Origin: Octopus bimaculoides
Taxonomy: Eukaryota
Reading direction: 5' to 3'
Length of the DNA: 64,000 nt
Assembly (NCBI RefSeq): GCF_001194135.2
Contig: NC_068989.1
Coordinates: 6,329,727 to 6,393,726, forward strand
The position numbers and the translations under genes were made by a program. The notes under the pieces are model-generated. The model saw nothing but the letters and a program-made list of their open reading frames with translations. It made no database searches and was not told the origin of the DNA. This document shows, piece after piece, positions 27,117 through 39,371 of this stretch (positions are counted from its first letter, which is position 1; every line of letters begins with the position of its first letter).

Positions 27117-27355
27117 CGATGGGCTTCTTTCAGTTTCCGTCTACCAAATCCACTCACAAGTTTTCTTTTTGTCAAATTATATATAAAAACAATTTAACAT
27201 CAAACTGAAGAATTGCTCAATAATTTTTATTGACTACATATTGATTATGCTTTTAGAAGAAAAATGTTGACTGTAACTTCAAAGTGTTTGCATACTTGCC
27301 TTTTGTCAGACTGCACAACACTGGGATTCCTTTTGGCCATATACAGTATGTAAAT

Positions 27356-27387
<32 letters not shown>

Positions 27388-27701
27388 TGATATATGTAGC
27401 ATATATCCATATGTATGTGAGAACATGTGACTTACAAACACACTTTTTATTATTTATACATGTGTGTGTGTGTATGTGAAATATGCTAGTTGGCAGTGTA
27501 ACTGTCACCATTACAAGGTATGTGTGCACAGACATGAATACGAATTGTGTTTACTACTGGCAAGTTGTCTGATCAGTGACTATGAACTAACAAAATAAAT
27601 AAACGCAAAAACAAAACAAAAAAAATACATAAATAAATAAATAAGCCTCTACCTTTCACTGATTAATAATCTCACAAGTCATCTTCACATTCTCTTTTTC
27701 C

Positions 27702-27740
<39 letters not shown>

Positions 27741-29257
27741 CGTATCCAATGTATTCCCACTAAAATTCTCTTCTTTTTTCTTTTCACCCTTCACTTCTCT
27801 CTCACACATTTGCANNNNNNNNNNNNNNNNNNNNNNNNNNNNNNNNNNNNNNNNNNNNNNNNNNNNNNNNNNNNNNNNNNNNNNNNNNNNNNNNNNNNNN
27901 NNNNNNNNNNNNNNNNNNNNNNNNNNNNNNNNNNNNNNNNNNNNNNNNNNNNNNNNNNNNNNNNNNNNNNNNNNNNNNNNNNNNNNNNNNNNNNNNNNNN
28001 NNNNNNNNNNNNNNNNNNNNNNNNNNNNNNNNNNNNNNNNNNNNNNNNNNNNNNNNNNNNNNNNNNNNNNNNNNNNNNNNNNNNNNNNNNNNNNNNNNNN
28101 NNNNNNNNNNNNNNNNNNNNNNNNNNNNNNNNNNNNNNNNNNNNNNNNNNNNNNNNNNNNNNNNNNNNNNNNNNNNNNNNNNNNNNNNNNNNNNNNNNNN
28201 NNNNNNNNNNNNNNNNNNNNNNNNNNNNNNNNNNNNNNNNNNNNNNNNNNNNNNNNNNNNNNNNNNNNNNNNNNNNNNNNNNNNNNNNNNNNNNNNNNNN
28301 NNNNNNNNNNNNNNNNNNNNNNNNNNNNNNNNNNNNNNNNNNNNNNNNNNNNNNNNNNNNNNNNNNNNNATATCATTCATCTATGGCTGTAGTCGAGTAA
28401 TATTCTTAAAACTGCAATATACTCACATGCAGCATCTTTCAGAGCTTGTTGCTAATTCAGTTCTTAACCAAATTGAAAACTGTTGACATTTCTGAAGAGT
28501 GCTGGTCCCTAACTACATTTTGGTATAAATATTTAGGTTTGGTCCAGTAGAAAAAAGTTTACATCGAAATATGTAGCAACATTATAAGAGAGTAATGCTA
28601 CCAATCAAATTTTGATCTAAATAACTTTTTTTTAGTTTAGAAGCAAAATCTATTTTAGCTTCAATGATAGAAGAAAGCGTGAAGAATTTCATAGTTTTGG
28701 TCCCATGCAACAAAAATTTGTATCAAAAAAGTTGTGAGGTAAAATATTATGAAAAAAATATATAAGTAAGGCAAAATATTGAATTTGAATATAATTAACT
28801 TCTTTTTTATTTTAAAAAACAAACTGTATTTTAATCAAGCTTAAATGATAGAGCTCAATTCTAAGAATTTCATGGTTTCAATCTCATGCAATGAAGTTTT
28901 AAAAGAAAAAAGTTATGAGTGTTTGTTTCTCAAATTTGAGGGTGATATCATAGTTCTATAATTCTATAAGGGACATTTAATATATGTCACCAGCGTCATT
29001 GAGGGGAAAAGACAAAAATATCAACGACACCGCTATTTGACACATTATTAATAATCATAATAGCATAGCCTGGAAAAAACATGGATTACATGGAAAATGC
29101 GAGCAAGAGGAATATATACATATATATATATATATATATATTCTATATTTATACATATACATTGTATATATGTGTTTGTGTGTATTTATATATATGTATA
29201 TGTTATATATGTGTGTGTGTATTTATATGATATATATACATATATATTATATATATA

Positions 29258-29302
<45 letters not shown>

Positions 29303-29559
29303 GATATATATATATGTATATATATACATATACATACATATATATGTATATATATATATACACATATATAAGAAAGTGCACTTCTCAGCTTTGGACTATA
29401 TAAAGATGACATTTTAACAATCATGTATGACATATTGACTAATGTCAGGTATAGAAGGGGAAAAAATACTTGATAATATTTAAGGAATATAACAAATGCT
29501 AACTTTTTAGACCTTACACTAGATTTAACATTTAGCAAATATTTCCTTCACTGAAAGTC

Positions 29560-30188
29560 AAACAAAGAAACCATCCTCAGAAACGAATGTTTTTAATAGT
29601 GCCACTCCTTATGGCAAATACACACCAGCATTTTTAGTGAGAAACTAGTGCACAAAGTGCAACCTTGAACACAACTGCAAAAGTAGGAAGAGTAAAGTGA
29701 TCTGGTTTAATCCTCCTTTTAACATAAATGTAACTGCTAACATAGCCAAGAGGTTTTTTATCCCTTGTGAGATGCCTATGCACAAAGAAAGCAAACTCAT
29801 TATCTCCGGTAATGTTGGTTTCAACTGTCTTGCATAGATAACATTGTTTCTCTACTCTCAAACCACAACGTGAAGCATACACAAGATGCCTCCCACTCCA
29901 ACAATCTAACTGCAAATGCAGAGAGTACAATCTACCATTAAAAGGATCATGTCACTCAAAAGTTGTCGTATAGAAATAAGTTTAAAATTCTCTGATGGTA
30001 CTAAGAGGAATTCTACACTAAAAGCATCTTCAAGAACTGATGCTACCAGTATTTATACTTATTCAGAGTCTGAGAAATGGAAAATGCCACCTCTTTGTCC
30101 AAATTTGTTTGGAATCTCAGAGACTAAACATCTAAATGTAACCCCATTAACCAAGACTATTGTGAACAGAGCCTCCCTGTATAACTAA
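29560..30188 (+). pseudogene. Penelope-like retroelement relic (RT C-terminal linker and GIY-YIG endonuclease region)
   Basis: Manual translation across frameshifts and stops gives ETNVFNSATPY, RKSKVIWFNPPFNINVTANIAKRF, NCKCREYNLPLKGSCHSKVVV, FKN*CYQ..ENATSLSKFVWNLRD and IVNRASLYN. The order matches the invertebrate PLE pattern WFNPP..CNCR..CPLxGxC..F(K)xRY..STxLSKYIWxLK. Confidence 0.8.
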
Positions 30189-30289
30189 AGAAGATGAAAG
30201 AATATATTTTATCTTTTCCTTGTTTCAGTCATTGGACAGCAACCAGGCAGTCGAATGATTTAAGTCCCAGCACTTATATGTATACATGA

Positions 30290-30445
30290 CAGGCTTCTTT
30301 CAATTTCTGTTACCAAATCCACTCACAAGACTTTGGTCAGCCTGAATTTATAGTAGAAGATGCTTGCCTAATGTGCCACGCAATGGGGCTGAACTCAGAA
30401 CCATGTGGTTGGGAAGTAAACTTCTTACCACGTAGCCATGCCAGT
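30290..30445 (-). mobile_element. SINE family A 5' half
   Basis: GGCTTCTTTCAATTTC..CCAAATCCACTCACAAG..CCATGTGGTTGGGAAG..GTAGCCATGCC. Confidence 0.8.
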
Positions 30446-31187
30446 TGCATTCTCAGGACACTAGCTTTAATTTTCACTATTATTATCTTCCTAATTGAAC
30501 AACATTAAATTACACAAAGCAACATACATGAAGAAATTAGTATAATTGTTGTCTGTGCAACTTGTGATTCTATATGTAGCCTTTATAAACAATCTTTATC
30601 CACTTAACAAACATTCATCTTTGTTCAGATTATACTAAAGAATAAAAATACTCTACTAACTACTTAAGAATTAAAAGAATTAATTAAAATTTTCGAATCG
30701 TCTAATAGTTTGTATATCTGAACTAAATTTATATGGTGTGTACATTTAATTAAAATTTGCATCTTATATTATTAAACAAGTAAAACATCAAATCTTTATG
30801 GATTTTACTTTGTGTCTGTATGAGAGACAATGTATTCCATGCTGCCATAGAAGCACATATATGTTTTAACGTATCAAAGAAATCTCTGATGTTAATATTA
30901 AAATCATTATTAAAGCAGAGAAGTGACCGAAATACAAAACATTCTTCTGTGTTCTGAGTTCAAGAAAAGGTCACATAGCTGATTGGCATGTAGTCATTCA
31001 TCAACACACTCCAAGCTATGAATCATAGACATGGTGTCTCCTCATTCTGCCTCTTCTATCTTAGCTAACATGGCCTTTGCTCTTTAAAGTGGGTTGATCA
31101 TGTGTTGCCTCCACTTGGACTTGCATAATTCACACTTAGTCTCTTCTATCATCCCCCATATATATAGTATCCAAGATGCATAGCATA

Positions 31188-31460
31188 AAATATCCACCAC
31201 GGCTGATTTTACCAATCGGTTTCATGTAAGGAATACAATAGAGTGCTAGGTAACAAACCGATTACATAACTTTACACTCATCAGAGTCAGCCGATATGAA
31301 AGGGAATATGGCGAGTGGTCTCTATTGTCAGAGGTAGATTATCACAACCAGTCTGCAGCTGCTCTGATGAGTGTAAAGTTATATAATCATTTTGTTACCT
31401 AACACTCCATTGTATTCTTTATGGGAAACCGATTGGTAAGATCAGCGGTGGTGGATATTT
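31188..31460. mobile_element. Foldback/MITE-like element with ~99-bp imperfect terminal inverted repeats
   Basis: 31188-31286 aligns without gaps to the reverse complement of 31362-31460 (about 12 mismatches), with a 75-bp spacer; TSD unclear. Confidence 0.85.
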
Positions 31461-32682
31461 AATATATTTTGGATAATATACCCTTTAGATATACGAGTGC
31501 ATCTTTGCCCTGACAGCTGCTTTGAAATTCTCATACTTGATATATATATATATATANNNNNNNNNNNNNNNNNNNNNNNNNNNNNNNNNNNNNNNNNNNN
31601 NNNNNNNNNNNNNNNNNNNNNNNNNNNNNNNNNNNNNNNNNNNNNNNNNNNNNNNNNNNNNNNNNNNNNNNNNNNNNNNNNNNNNNNNNNNNNNNNNNNN
31701 NNNNNNNNNNNNNNNNNNNNNNNNNNNNNNNNNNNNNNNNNNNNNNNNNNNNNNNNNNNNNNNNNNNNNNNNNNNNNNNNNNNNNNNNNNNNNNNNNNNN
31801 NNNNNNNNNNNNNNNNNNNNNNNNNNNNNNNNNNNNNNNNNNNNNNNNNNNNNNNNNNNNNNNNNNNNNNNNNNNNNNNNNNNNNNNNNNNNNNNNNNNN
31901 NNNNNNNNNNNNNNNNNNNNNNNNNNNNNNNNNNNNNNNNNNNNNNNNNNNNNNNNNNNNNNNNNNNNNNNNNNNNNNNNNNNNNNNNNNNNNNNNNNNN
32001 NNNNNNNNNNNNNNNNNNNNNNNNNNNNNNNNNNNNNNNNNNNNNNNNNNNNNNNNNNNNNNNNNNNNNNNNNNNNNNNNNNNNNNNNNNNNNNNNNNNN
32101 NNNNNNNNNNNNNNNNNNNNNNNNNNNNNNNNNNNNNNNNNNNNNNNNNNNNNNNNNNNNNNNNNNNNNNNNNNNNNNNNNNNNNNNNNNNNNNNNNNNN
32201 NNNNNNNNNNNNNNNNNNNNNNNNNNNNNNNNNNNNNNNNNNNNNNTATATATATATATATATTCTGTGTTAAACTAAGAAACGACAAGGGAAAATTCTG
32301 TAAATATAATTATAAGCTTAATTATAAATATAATTAAAAGCTTACTAATACCCATTTTTCTCCACGAAGGGCTTATATGTCCTAAAATTAGACTATTTCC
32401 AATATCCAATATACAGTGAATGCTTATAAGTTTAAGCTTATAATTATATTTTCAGAATTTTCACTTGTCACTGTTTCTTAATTTAATGCAGAATACATAT
32501 AAATTTGTTTACATGACTCGGTGAAATCATAATTCCTAAATTTAATGGAAGCAAATTGGTGGAACCAGTCAACACACTCACCACAAAAATAAGAGAGTTC
32601 ATTTCCCCATGCATACCATTTTTTCTCCATCGATGGCTTATATGCCCAAATGTTAGATTATTTTCTATAGACAATATATATA

Positions 32683-32895
32683 CTCTTTTACTCGTTTCAG
32701 TCATTTGACTGTGGCCATGCTGGAGCACTGCCTTTAGTTGAGCAAATCGACCCCAGGACTTATTCTTTGTAACCCTAGTACTTATTTTATTGGTCTCTTT
32801 TGCTGAACTGCTAAATTGCGGGGATGTAAACACACCACAATCGGTTGTCAAGCGATGTTGGGGAGGACAAACACAAACACACAAACATATATACG

Positions 32896-32941
<46 letters not shown>

Positions 32942-33199
32942 NNNNNNNNNNNNNNNNNNNNNNNNNNNNNNNNNNNNNNNNNNNNNNNNNNNNNNNNNNN
33001 NNNNNNNNNNNNNNNNNNNNNNNNNNTATATATACAATGGGCTTCTTTCAGTTTCTGTTTACAAAATCCACACACAAGGCTTTGGTCGGCCTGAGGCTAT
33101 AGTAGAAGACACTGCCCTGAGGTGCCATACAGTGGGAATGAACCTGGAACCATGTGGTTGGTAAGCAAGCTACTAACCACACAGCCACTCCTGCGCCTA
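32683..33199 (-). mobile_element. SINE family A, full length (gap inside internal microsatellite)
   Basis: Tail CTCTTTTACTCGTTTCAGTCATTTGACTGTGGCCATGCTGG and head CCACACAGCCACTCCTGCGCCTA. Confidence 0.9.
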
Positions 33200-35571
33200 T
33201 GGTGAATGCTTATAACCTTAAGCTTAGCTTTAAGGATTTTAACTCCTATTTCTAGCAATATAGGTGCTATTCAGCACCATCAGTCACAATTAGTCATGAT
33301 TAAATTATTCCTTAATGGTTTTATATTGTACTGCTTGGGAACAAACAAACCAAAGAAACTACAACTTTCAAACACATTTACCCTATGTAATACACACACA
33401 CACACAATGGGCTTCTTTAAGTTTCCATCAACTGAATCCACTTACAATGCATCAGTCAGCCAGAGGGTCTACAATGCAAGATACCTGCCCAAGGTGACAT
33501 GCAGGGTGACTGAACCTGAAGCCATGCTGCCACACCTGCATACACCTGCACCTTAATATATTTCACCTATATTATTTATTTATTTATTTATGTGTTTCAG
33601 CCAAGTGGCTGCGGTCATGCTGGTGCACCACCGTTATTTTATGTTATTTTTACTTGGGGAACTTTGACTGTCAACTTTTTTCCTTTTGAATCTACATTTG
33701 ATACTCTACTTAAATGTATTGAGTGAACTTTCAATAAATATTTGACTGTTTTTTTTGCGGACATCTACACATAAAACGCTAATACATGTATGCATGTGTA
33801 TATGAGTGCAAATAAACATTACATACACATACCTCACACATGTGTATCACATATATCATACACACTTGTATGTACATGTGAATATCCTAATGTATTTATT
33901 TACATATCTCCTAGTATCCAATTTGCTATGAACTGCGGAGTGTAGGTTAATGTGTGCATAAACTACATATCTGTGACATGCAACTTATACATCGCTTGTT
34001 AATGTTGTTGTACCCTTGAGTTTTAAGTACATGGGATGCATAAAGATATCAAAGATTTTTTTTTACACTTCATTTATTTTTCTTGTTATCAAAGAGACCA
34101 TTAATTTCATTGGATGAATTATCTATGTGCTGAAGATAGCAGTTACTTTGCTAAATTAAAGAGAGGAATATATAAAACCCGCCCATATGAATTTGAAATC
34201 CTAGATATCATCCCTATGCATACATGTGTATGTATGTATGTATGTATGTATGTATGTATATATATATATATATATATGCACAGAAACACACATATACACA
34301 TACAGACACACATATGTATACATACACACACACACACATATATATACACACATACATACACACATATATGTATGTATGTATGTATAGATAGATAGCTAGA
34401 TATATATACATAGATATGAGTATGTTAAACAATGAGGATGATATGTACATATATATGTACATACACACACATATATAAATACGCTTATATATGCACACAC
34501 ATATATACACACGTACACACACACACACACACACACATATATATGTGTGTGTATGTATGTATAGATAGATAGATATATAGATATGAGGATATTAAATGAT
34601 GATGATGATATATACATATGTGNNNNNNNNNNTTACTGTATAGTTTTTTTATCAATGTTTCTTTTCTTAAATATGTGTGTGTGTGTCGGTGTGTGTATGT
34701 GTGCACGTGTGTGTGCATGTGTGTGCGTGTGTCTGCATGCATGTGTGTGTGTGTGTGTGTGTGTACATGCGTGTGTGTCTTTGTGTCTGTGTTTGTCTCT
34801 CACTACTGCTTGACAAACACTGTCAGTCTGTTTACGTCCCCCATAACTTAGCAGTTTGGCAAAAGAGACTAACAGAATAAATTCCAGGCTGAGAGGTTGA
34901 GGAGTTTGACTTAAAACCCCACTTCAAATCAGTGCCCCAGCATGACCACAGTCTAATGCCATAAAACAAGTTAAAATATGAAATATCTAATACAAAAGTC
35001 TGTTTGGTTGACTAAAACGCTTCAAGGCAGTGCTCCAGCATGGCCAGAGTTCAACAAACGAAAGAAGCAAACAGCAAACGAAGGTAAAAGAACTGAGAAG
35101 AAAGAAAGAAATTCACTCGGGAGTTGAGCTTTATTCAATAATCCCCAACAAAATCAACCAAAAACACAACCAAACAACCTAGTAATTTATTCTCGTGTCT
35201 ATCTTAATGTCACATCAACTGAAATGTGGTTGATTATGTGTTGGTTAGAGTAATTTGCCAGTTAAGATATAAGGCTCGTCTATTTAAAAAGGTAGTCAGA
35301 TGAAGACGTATAAAGTCAGTTTATTATTTTTTTTTCATTTTCTATTTGGTTTTGTATTGTTTTTGTGAGTGTGTGAGATATTAATCATAGATTAAGGTTT
35401 CATCTGTAGAGACAAATGAAATAACTTTAATCTACTTAACAGGCTCATTAAAAACTTCTCGCCTCAGGTATTATACGAAATTAGAGAGAGCTCTTTACTC
35501 AAAATAGATTAGAAGCGCATGTGCGGGTTAACAAAGCAGATTAATAAGACCAGTTTCTAAGTTATATATAC

Positions 35572-35670
<99 letters not shown>

Positions 35671-35688
35671 TTCATATACATATATGCC

Positions 35689-35723
<35 letters not shown>

Positions 35724-36026
35724 CTATATATATGCCTATATATATGCTTATATATATATATATACATACATATATACACATGTATATGCATGCTTTGCTG
35801 CTTTTTTTACAGTTGTATTTATCTGTAGTTTATTTGATTCATTTACTTTCTTTTTTTTATTTTTGTGGTTATTGAATGTGATGTAGGTGGCTTGTGTGTG
35901 TATTTCTGTTCGTGCTTGTTCCATGTGCGTCTATGTGAATGCATGTGAGTTTTGGTGTTCGCATTTCTGTAAGAGTGTGTTTATATTTGTTCCTATGATT
36001 TTATGTGTATGTAGAGTTTTTGTATA

Positions 36027-36095
<69 letters not shown>

Positions 36096-36162
36096 ATGTA
36101 TGATTATAGGAATGTATATGTATTTATGCAAGTATGTATATATTAATATATGAGAGCTGTAA

Positions 36163-36481
36163 AGCGGTGAGCTGGCAGAATCGTTAGCACGCTGGGCGAA
36201 ATGCTAAGAGATACTTCGTCTGTCTTTACATTCTGAGTTCAAATTCTACTGAGGTCGATTTTGCCTTTCATCCTTTCGGGGTCGATAAATTAAGTACCAG
36301 TTTAATACTGGGGTCGATCTAATCGACTTAATCCCTTTGTCTGTCCTTGTTTGTCCCCTCTATGTTTAGCCCCTTGTGGGCAATAAAGAAATAAGAAACG
36401 TCAGCATGCTGGGCGAAAGGCTTAGTGCTATTTTGTCTGTCTTTACATTCTGAATTCAAATTCCGTTGAGGTCGACTTGCC
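36163..36481 (+). mobile_element. SINE family B dimer (left monomer plus truncated right monomer)
   Basis: GCGGTGAGCTGGCAGAATCGTTAGC..GGGCAATAAAGAAATAA|GAAACGTCAGCATGCTGGGCGAAA..GAGGTCGACTTGCC. Confidence 0.85.
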
Positions 36482-37820
36482 TAAGGTACTGTACACTAGG
36501 ATTGAACCTGAAGCCACATGGCCTGTTAACCATGCAGCCATGTCTGCAAGACGAAAGACTTTCAAAAAAAAAAATACTAATAATAAGGCACAAGGGCTGG
36601 AATTTGAGGAATATGGTCAATCCAGACCCCCCACCCCTTTTTGACTGTACACATAATGTTCTATACATACTGCACAGAAACATCTCTAATATACACACCA
36701 CATGGTAAAATTTATAATATACACACCATACAGCAACAATTATACAATAAATATCACAACGCAATATATACATCAGGCTGAGTTCCTTTCACGTGTTGGG
36801 CCCCATGGAAACAAAGTGGTCAAGTTCCTTTCGAGTGTTTGGCCTCGTGGAGGCAATGACCAAGACCATTAGCATATTAATAACTAGTCTATACACAACA
36901 CAGTAAAATCTACCCTATACACACAGCAACATCTATACTTTACTCAGCATGCAGTAACAACCGTCCTAAACACTCCACAGTAAAATCTGTCCTAAGCACA
37001 CCACTTAATTCTATTCATCCACACCAAAAGAAGAATGAGCAAGACCCTGGCTACATTATAACTGATGAGGATCCTATTTAAAATTAAAGCAATTAACCAA
37101 TTTTTTAAAATTGAACTCCCTATCTCTTATCACCTTTTGGCAATAAGAAGATTTTCTTCAAAGCAAGACAAAAATAGATTTAATGATTCACTCCATCTTA
37201 TTTTGAGATTAATTTAATTTTATGTAATTAGAATTCAATGAGAATTCAGAAAAATACAACAAAGGGCAACAGGCATGGCTGCAGGATTTTAGAATGTTTG
37301 GTTTACAATCCCCTGAGTCCATGGTTCAATCCTACCGCACAGAACGTCGGGCAAGTTTCTTGTAGCATAACATCAGATTGACTACAAATATCTTCATTAT
37401 TTGCTTTGTGTCTGTATTTCCTTGCTAGTATGGATTAGGGTAACACATATTATTGTGGTAAGTGGTGGCTAATGAGAACTTACTAATCTTCCTGTCATTA
37501 ATCTTTACATAAACAATATTTTACTACACAAATTTTTGAAAATACAGAATTGGTAAACAAATTGTTGACAGAGAATTGTCAAGAAACTGCACCATATATA
37601 CGTCAGTGGTTTCTCCATGCAATAATAAACACTCACACAGACTAACACACATGCACATTATCATAGTCACATATAAATGGCTGGCTTTTCCCAGCCTTTA
37701 TCTCCTTAAGCTCATACACAAAGCATTATTTGATCCCAGGCTACAGTTGAAGACATTTGTCCCAGGCACCAAGCTGTGAGAAACCATAGAGCAATGCCTG
37801 CGCCATCTTAGTGAAATTTA

Positions 37821-37967
37821 TATTATTTACATTTGACGGATATTTGTCCTCATCGTGTTTGTTGTTAACACAACGTTTCGGCTGATGTACTCTCCAACCT
37901 TCATCAGGTGTCTTGGGGAAATTTCGAACCTGGGTTCTCATTCCTAAGGTATTTTTTGATGTTGTTG

Positions 37968-38024
<57 letters not shown>

Positions 38025-38090
38025 TCGCTGCCTGGAACTGAACTCGCAATCTTGGGGTCAGTAGCCCGTACTCTTAACCACTATGCCATA
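37821..38090 (-). mobile_element. tRNA-headed SINE-like element carrying a hammerhead ribozyme, flanked by a 9-bp TSD
   Basis: A-box TGGCATAGTGG (38078-38088), B-box GAGTTCAGTTCC (38034-38045), (AAT)n(AAC)n linker, HHR at 37867-37912, and TGAAATTTA at both 37812-37820 and 38091-38099. Confidence 0.8.
37867..37912 (-). ncRNA. Minimal type I hammerhead ribozyme (Penelope-type)
   Basis: GACAC-CTGATGA-A-GGTTG-GAGAGTACAT-CAGCC-GAAA-CGTT-GTGTT: 5-bp stem I, 5-bp stem II after a one-nt insertion, palindromic loop-less stem III (ACGT), GUU triplet, predicted cleavage between 37872 and 37871. Confidence 0.8.
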
Positions 38091-38849
38091 TGAAATTTAG
38101 TTGGTGGAAGTTATGGCAGCCTATTTCATACACATCAACACAAACATAATCAGATATTCATAATTGCACATGGTCGACTTTGCTTTTCATCCTTCCAGGG
38201 TCAATTAAGGACCAGTTACACACTGGGGTCTATGTAATCAACGTAATCTGTTCCTCTGTCTTTGTTTGTCCCCTCTATGTTCAGTCCCCACCCTGTGGGC
38301 AATAAAAAAATAAACATAAGGTAATAAGGTGTTCCCCCGAAGAGTTGTTGTGGATTTTCAGCCAAATGCAGAATGACGCATCATTGTGGATCTGTATCCA
38401 AATGCACCGACTGCAGAGGATACAAATAGCCACAATGGTGGAAAAAGCAAAGGGAACAATTGGTACGAACTGCTTTTTGTGTACTGTATATCATATTTTT
38501 ATTGAAGTATATACACTCACACATATATGTATGGAAGAGTTAAAGACAAACATCACTAAAGATGAGGTGAGTGTTGCTGTATTAGATTATTTCTCAGAGA
38601 AAAGAAGTGTCTTTAACATTTCAGGTGTAAACTCTTCATCAACTTCATCAAAATGAAATGAAAAGAACAGCAGCCAAAGGAAATGAGAGAATAAGAACAG
38701 AAGTGTAACAAAAAGAATATTAAAAGAAGGGAACCAACAGAAATATTGCAATATCGATAAACTAATTGTTTGGCTAAGAAACCAACAATTTAAAAAGAAC
38801 TACCAAATGTTAAAAACAGAACAGAATACATAATTCTATCTTAGAACAC

Positions 38850-38890
38850 GTAGATTGTTTCAGCTACCAAGAGCTCTCTTCAGAAATGCA
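38850..38890 (-). ncRNA. Degenerate hammerhead-like core
   Basis: CTGAAGA-G-AGCT-CTTGGT-AGCT-GAAA-CAATC: core and stem II present, stems I and III not satisfied. Confidence 0.4.
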
Positions 38891-39220
38891 GTTCCCTGAA
38901 CAATATTCTTGATAGTTGGATTAAGCTACCTGTATGTTATAAGAGAAAATAGCATAAATATTATGGGTATATGTATGTATGTATGTACACATACACACAC
39001 ACACATATATATAAATGTATGTGTATTTTTCAATGTGTACAAATAACACGGAAAAAATAAATAAATAGTTACCTGGGTAGCAAAAATTCACTTAAGTGCC
39101 AAGGATATTACAGCCTACTTATAAAGGTAGAAATTCCAAGGTTAAGCTTAACGTTTTTGTATAACCTGGATAAATTTAGAAATGGAGTCAAATGCAGGTG
39201 TTATTCAAATCATTTATTAT

Positions 39221-39311
39221 ATTTCCAACATATGTTTCGAAGAAAGCATTGAGATTATTGTGGAGGGAATGAAAATGATGTAAAGCAATGCAATCATCTC
39301 ATCAGGGAAAA
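39221..39311 (-). ncRNA. Type I hammerhead ribozyme motif, homolog of 15687-15775
   Basis: TTTTCC-CTGATGA-GATGA..CATTG..CAATG..TCTTC-GAAA-C-ATAT-GTT-GGAAAT: 5-bp stem I, palindromic ACATATGT stem III, GUU triplet; shares the downstream ATTTGAATAAC flank with the 15.7-kb copy. Confidence 0.75.
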
Positions 39312-39371
39312 GAGGAGAAACAAAACACATCAATAAGCCAGAGAGCTCTTGGTAGCTGAAACAATCTACTT

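Noticed and set aside
31362-31400. CTGATGAG inside the foldback arm
   Set aside because: No stem II-GAAA-NUH arrangement on either arm.
37061-37100. CTGATGAGGATCC, possible 5' half of another hammerhead
   Set aside because: No complementary stem II strand or GAAA follows; at best a truncated remnant.
38021-38090. Possible functional tRNA gene
   Set aside because: A and B boxes are present but I could not form a clean acceptor stem, and it is fused to a microsatellite within a TSD-flanked element. It is treated as a SINE head; the same applies to family A and B heads.
38345-38656. 103-aa ORF containing a consensus GAG/GTGAGT splice donor
   Set aside because: No recognisable protein similarity or clear upstream acceptor; such motifs occur by chance. 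RNA-seq would be needed.
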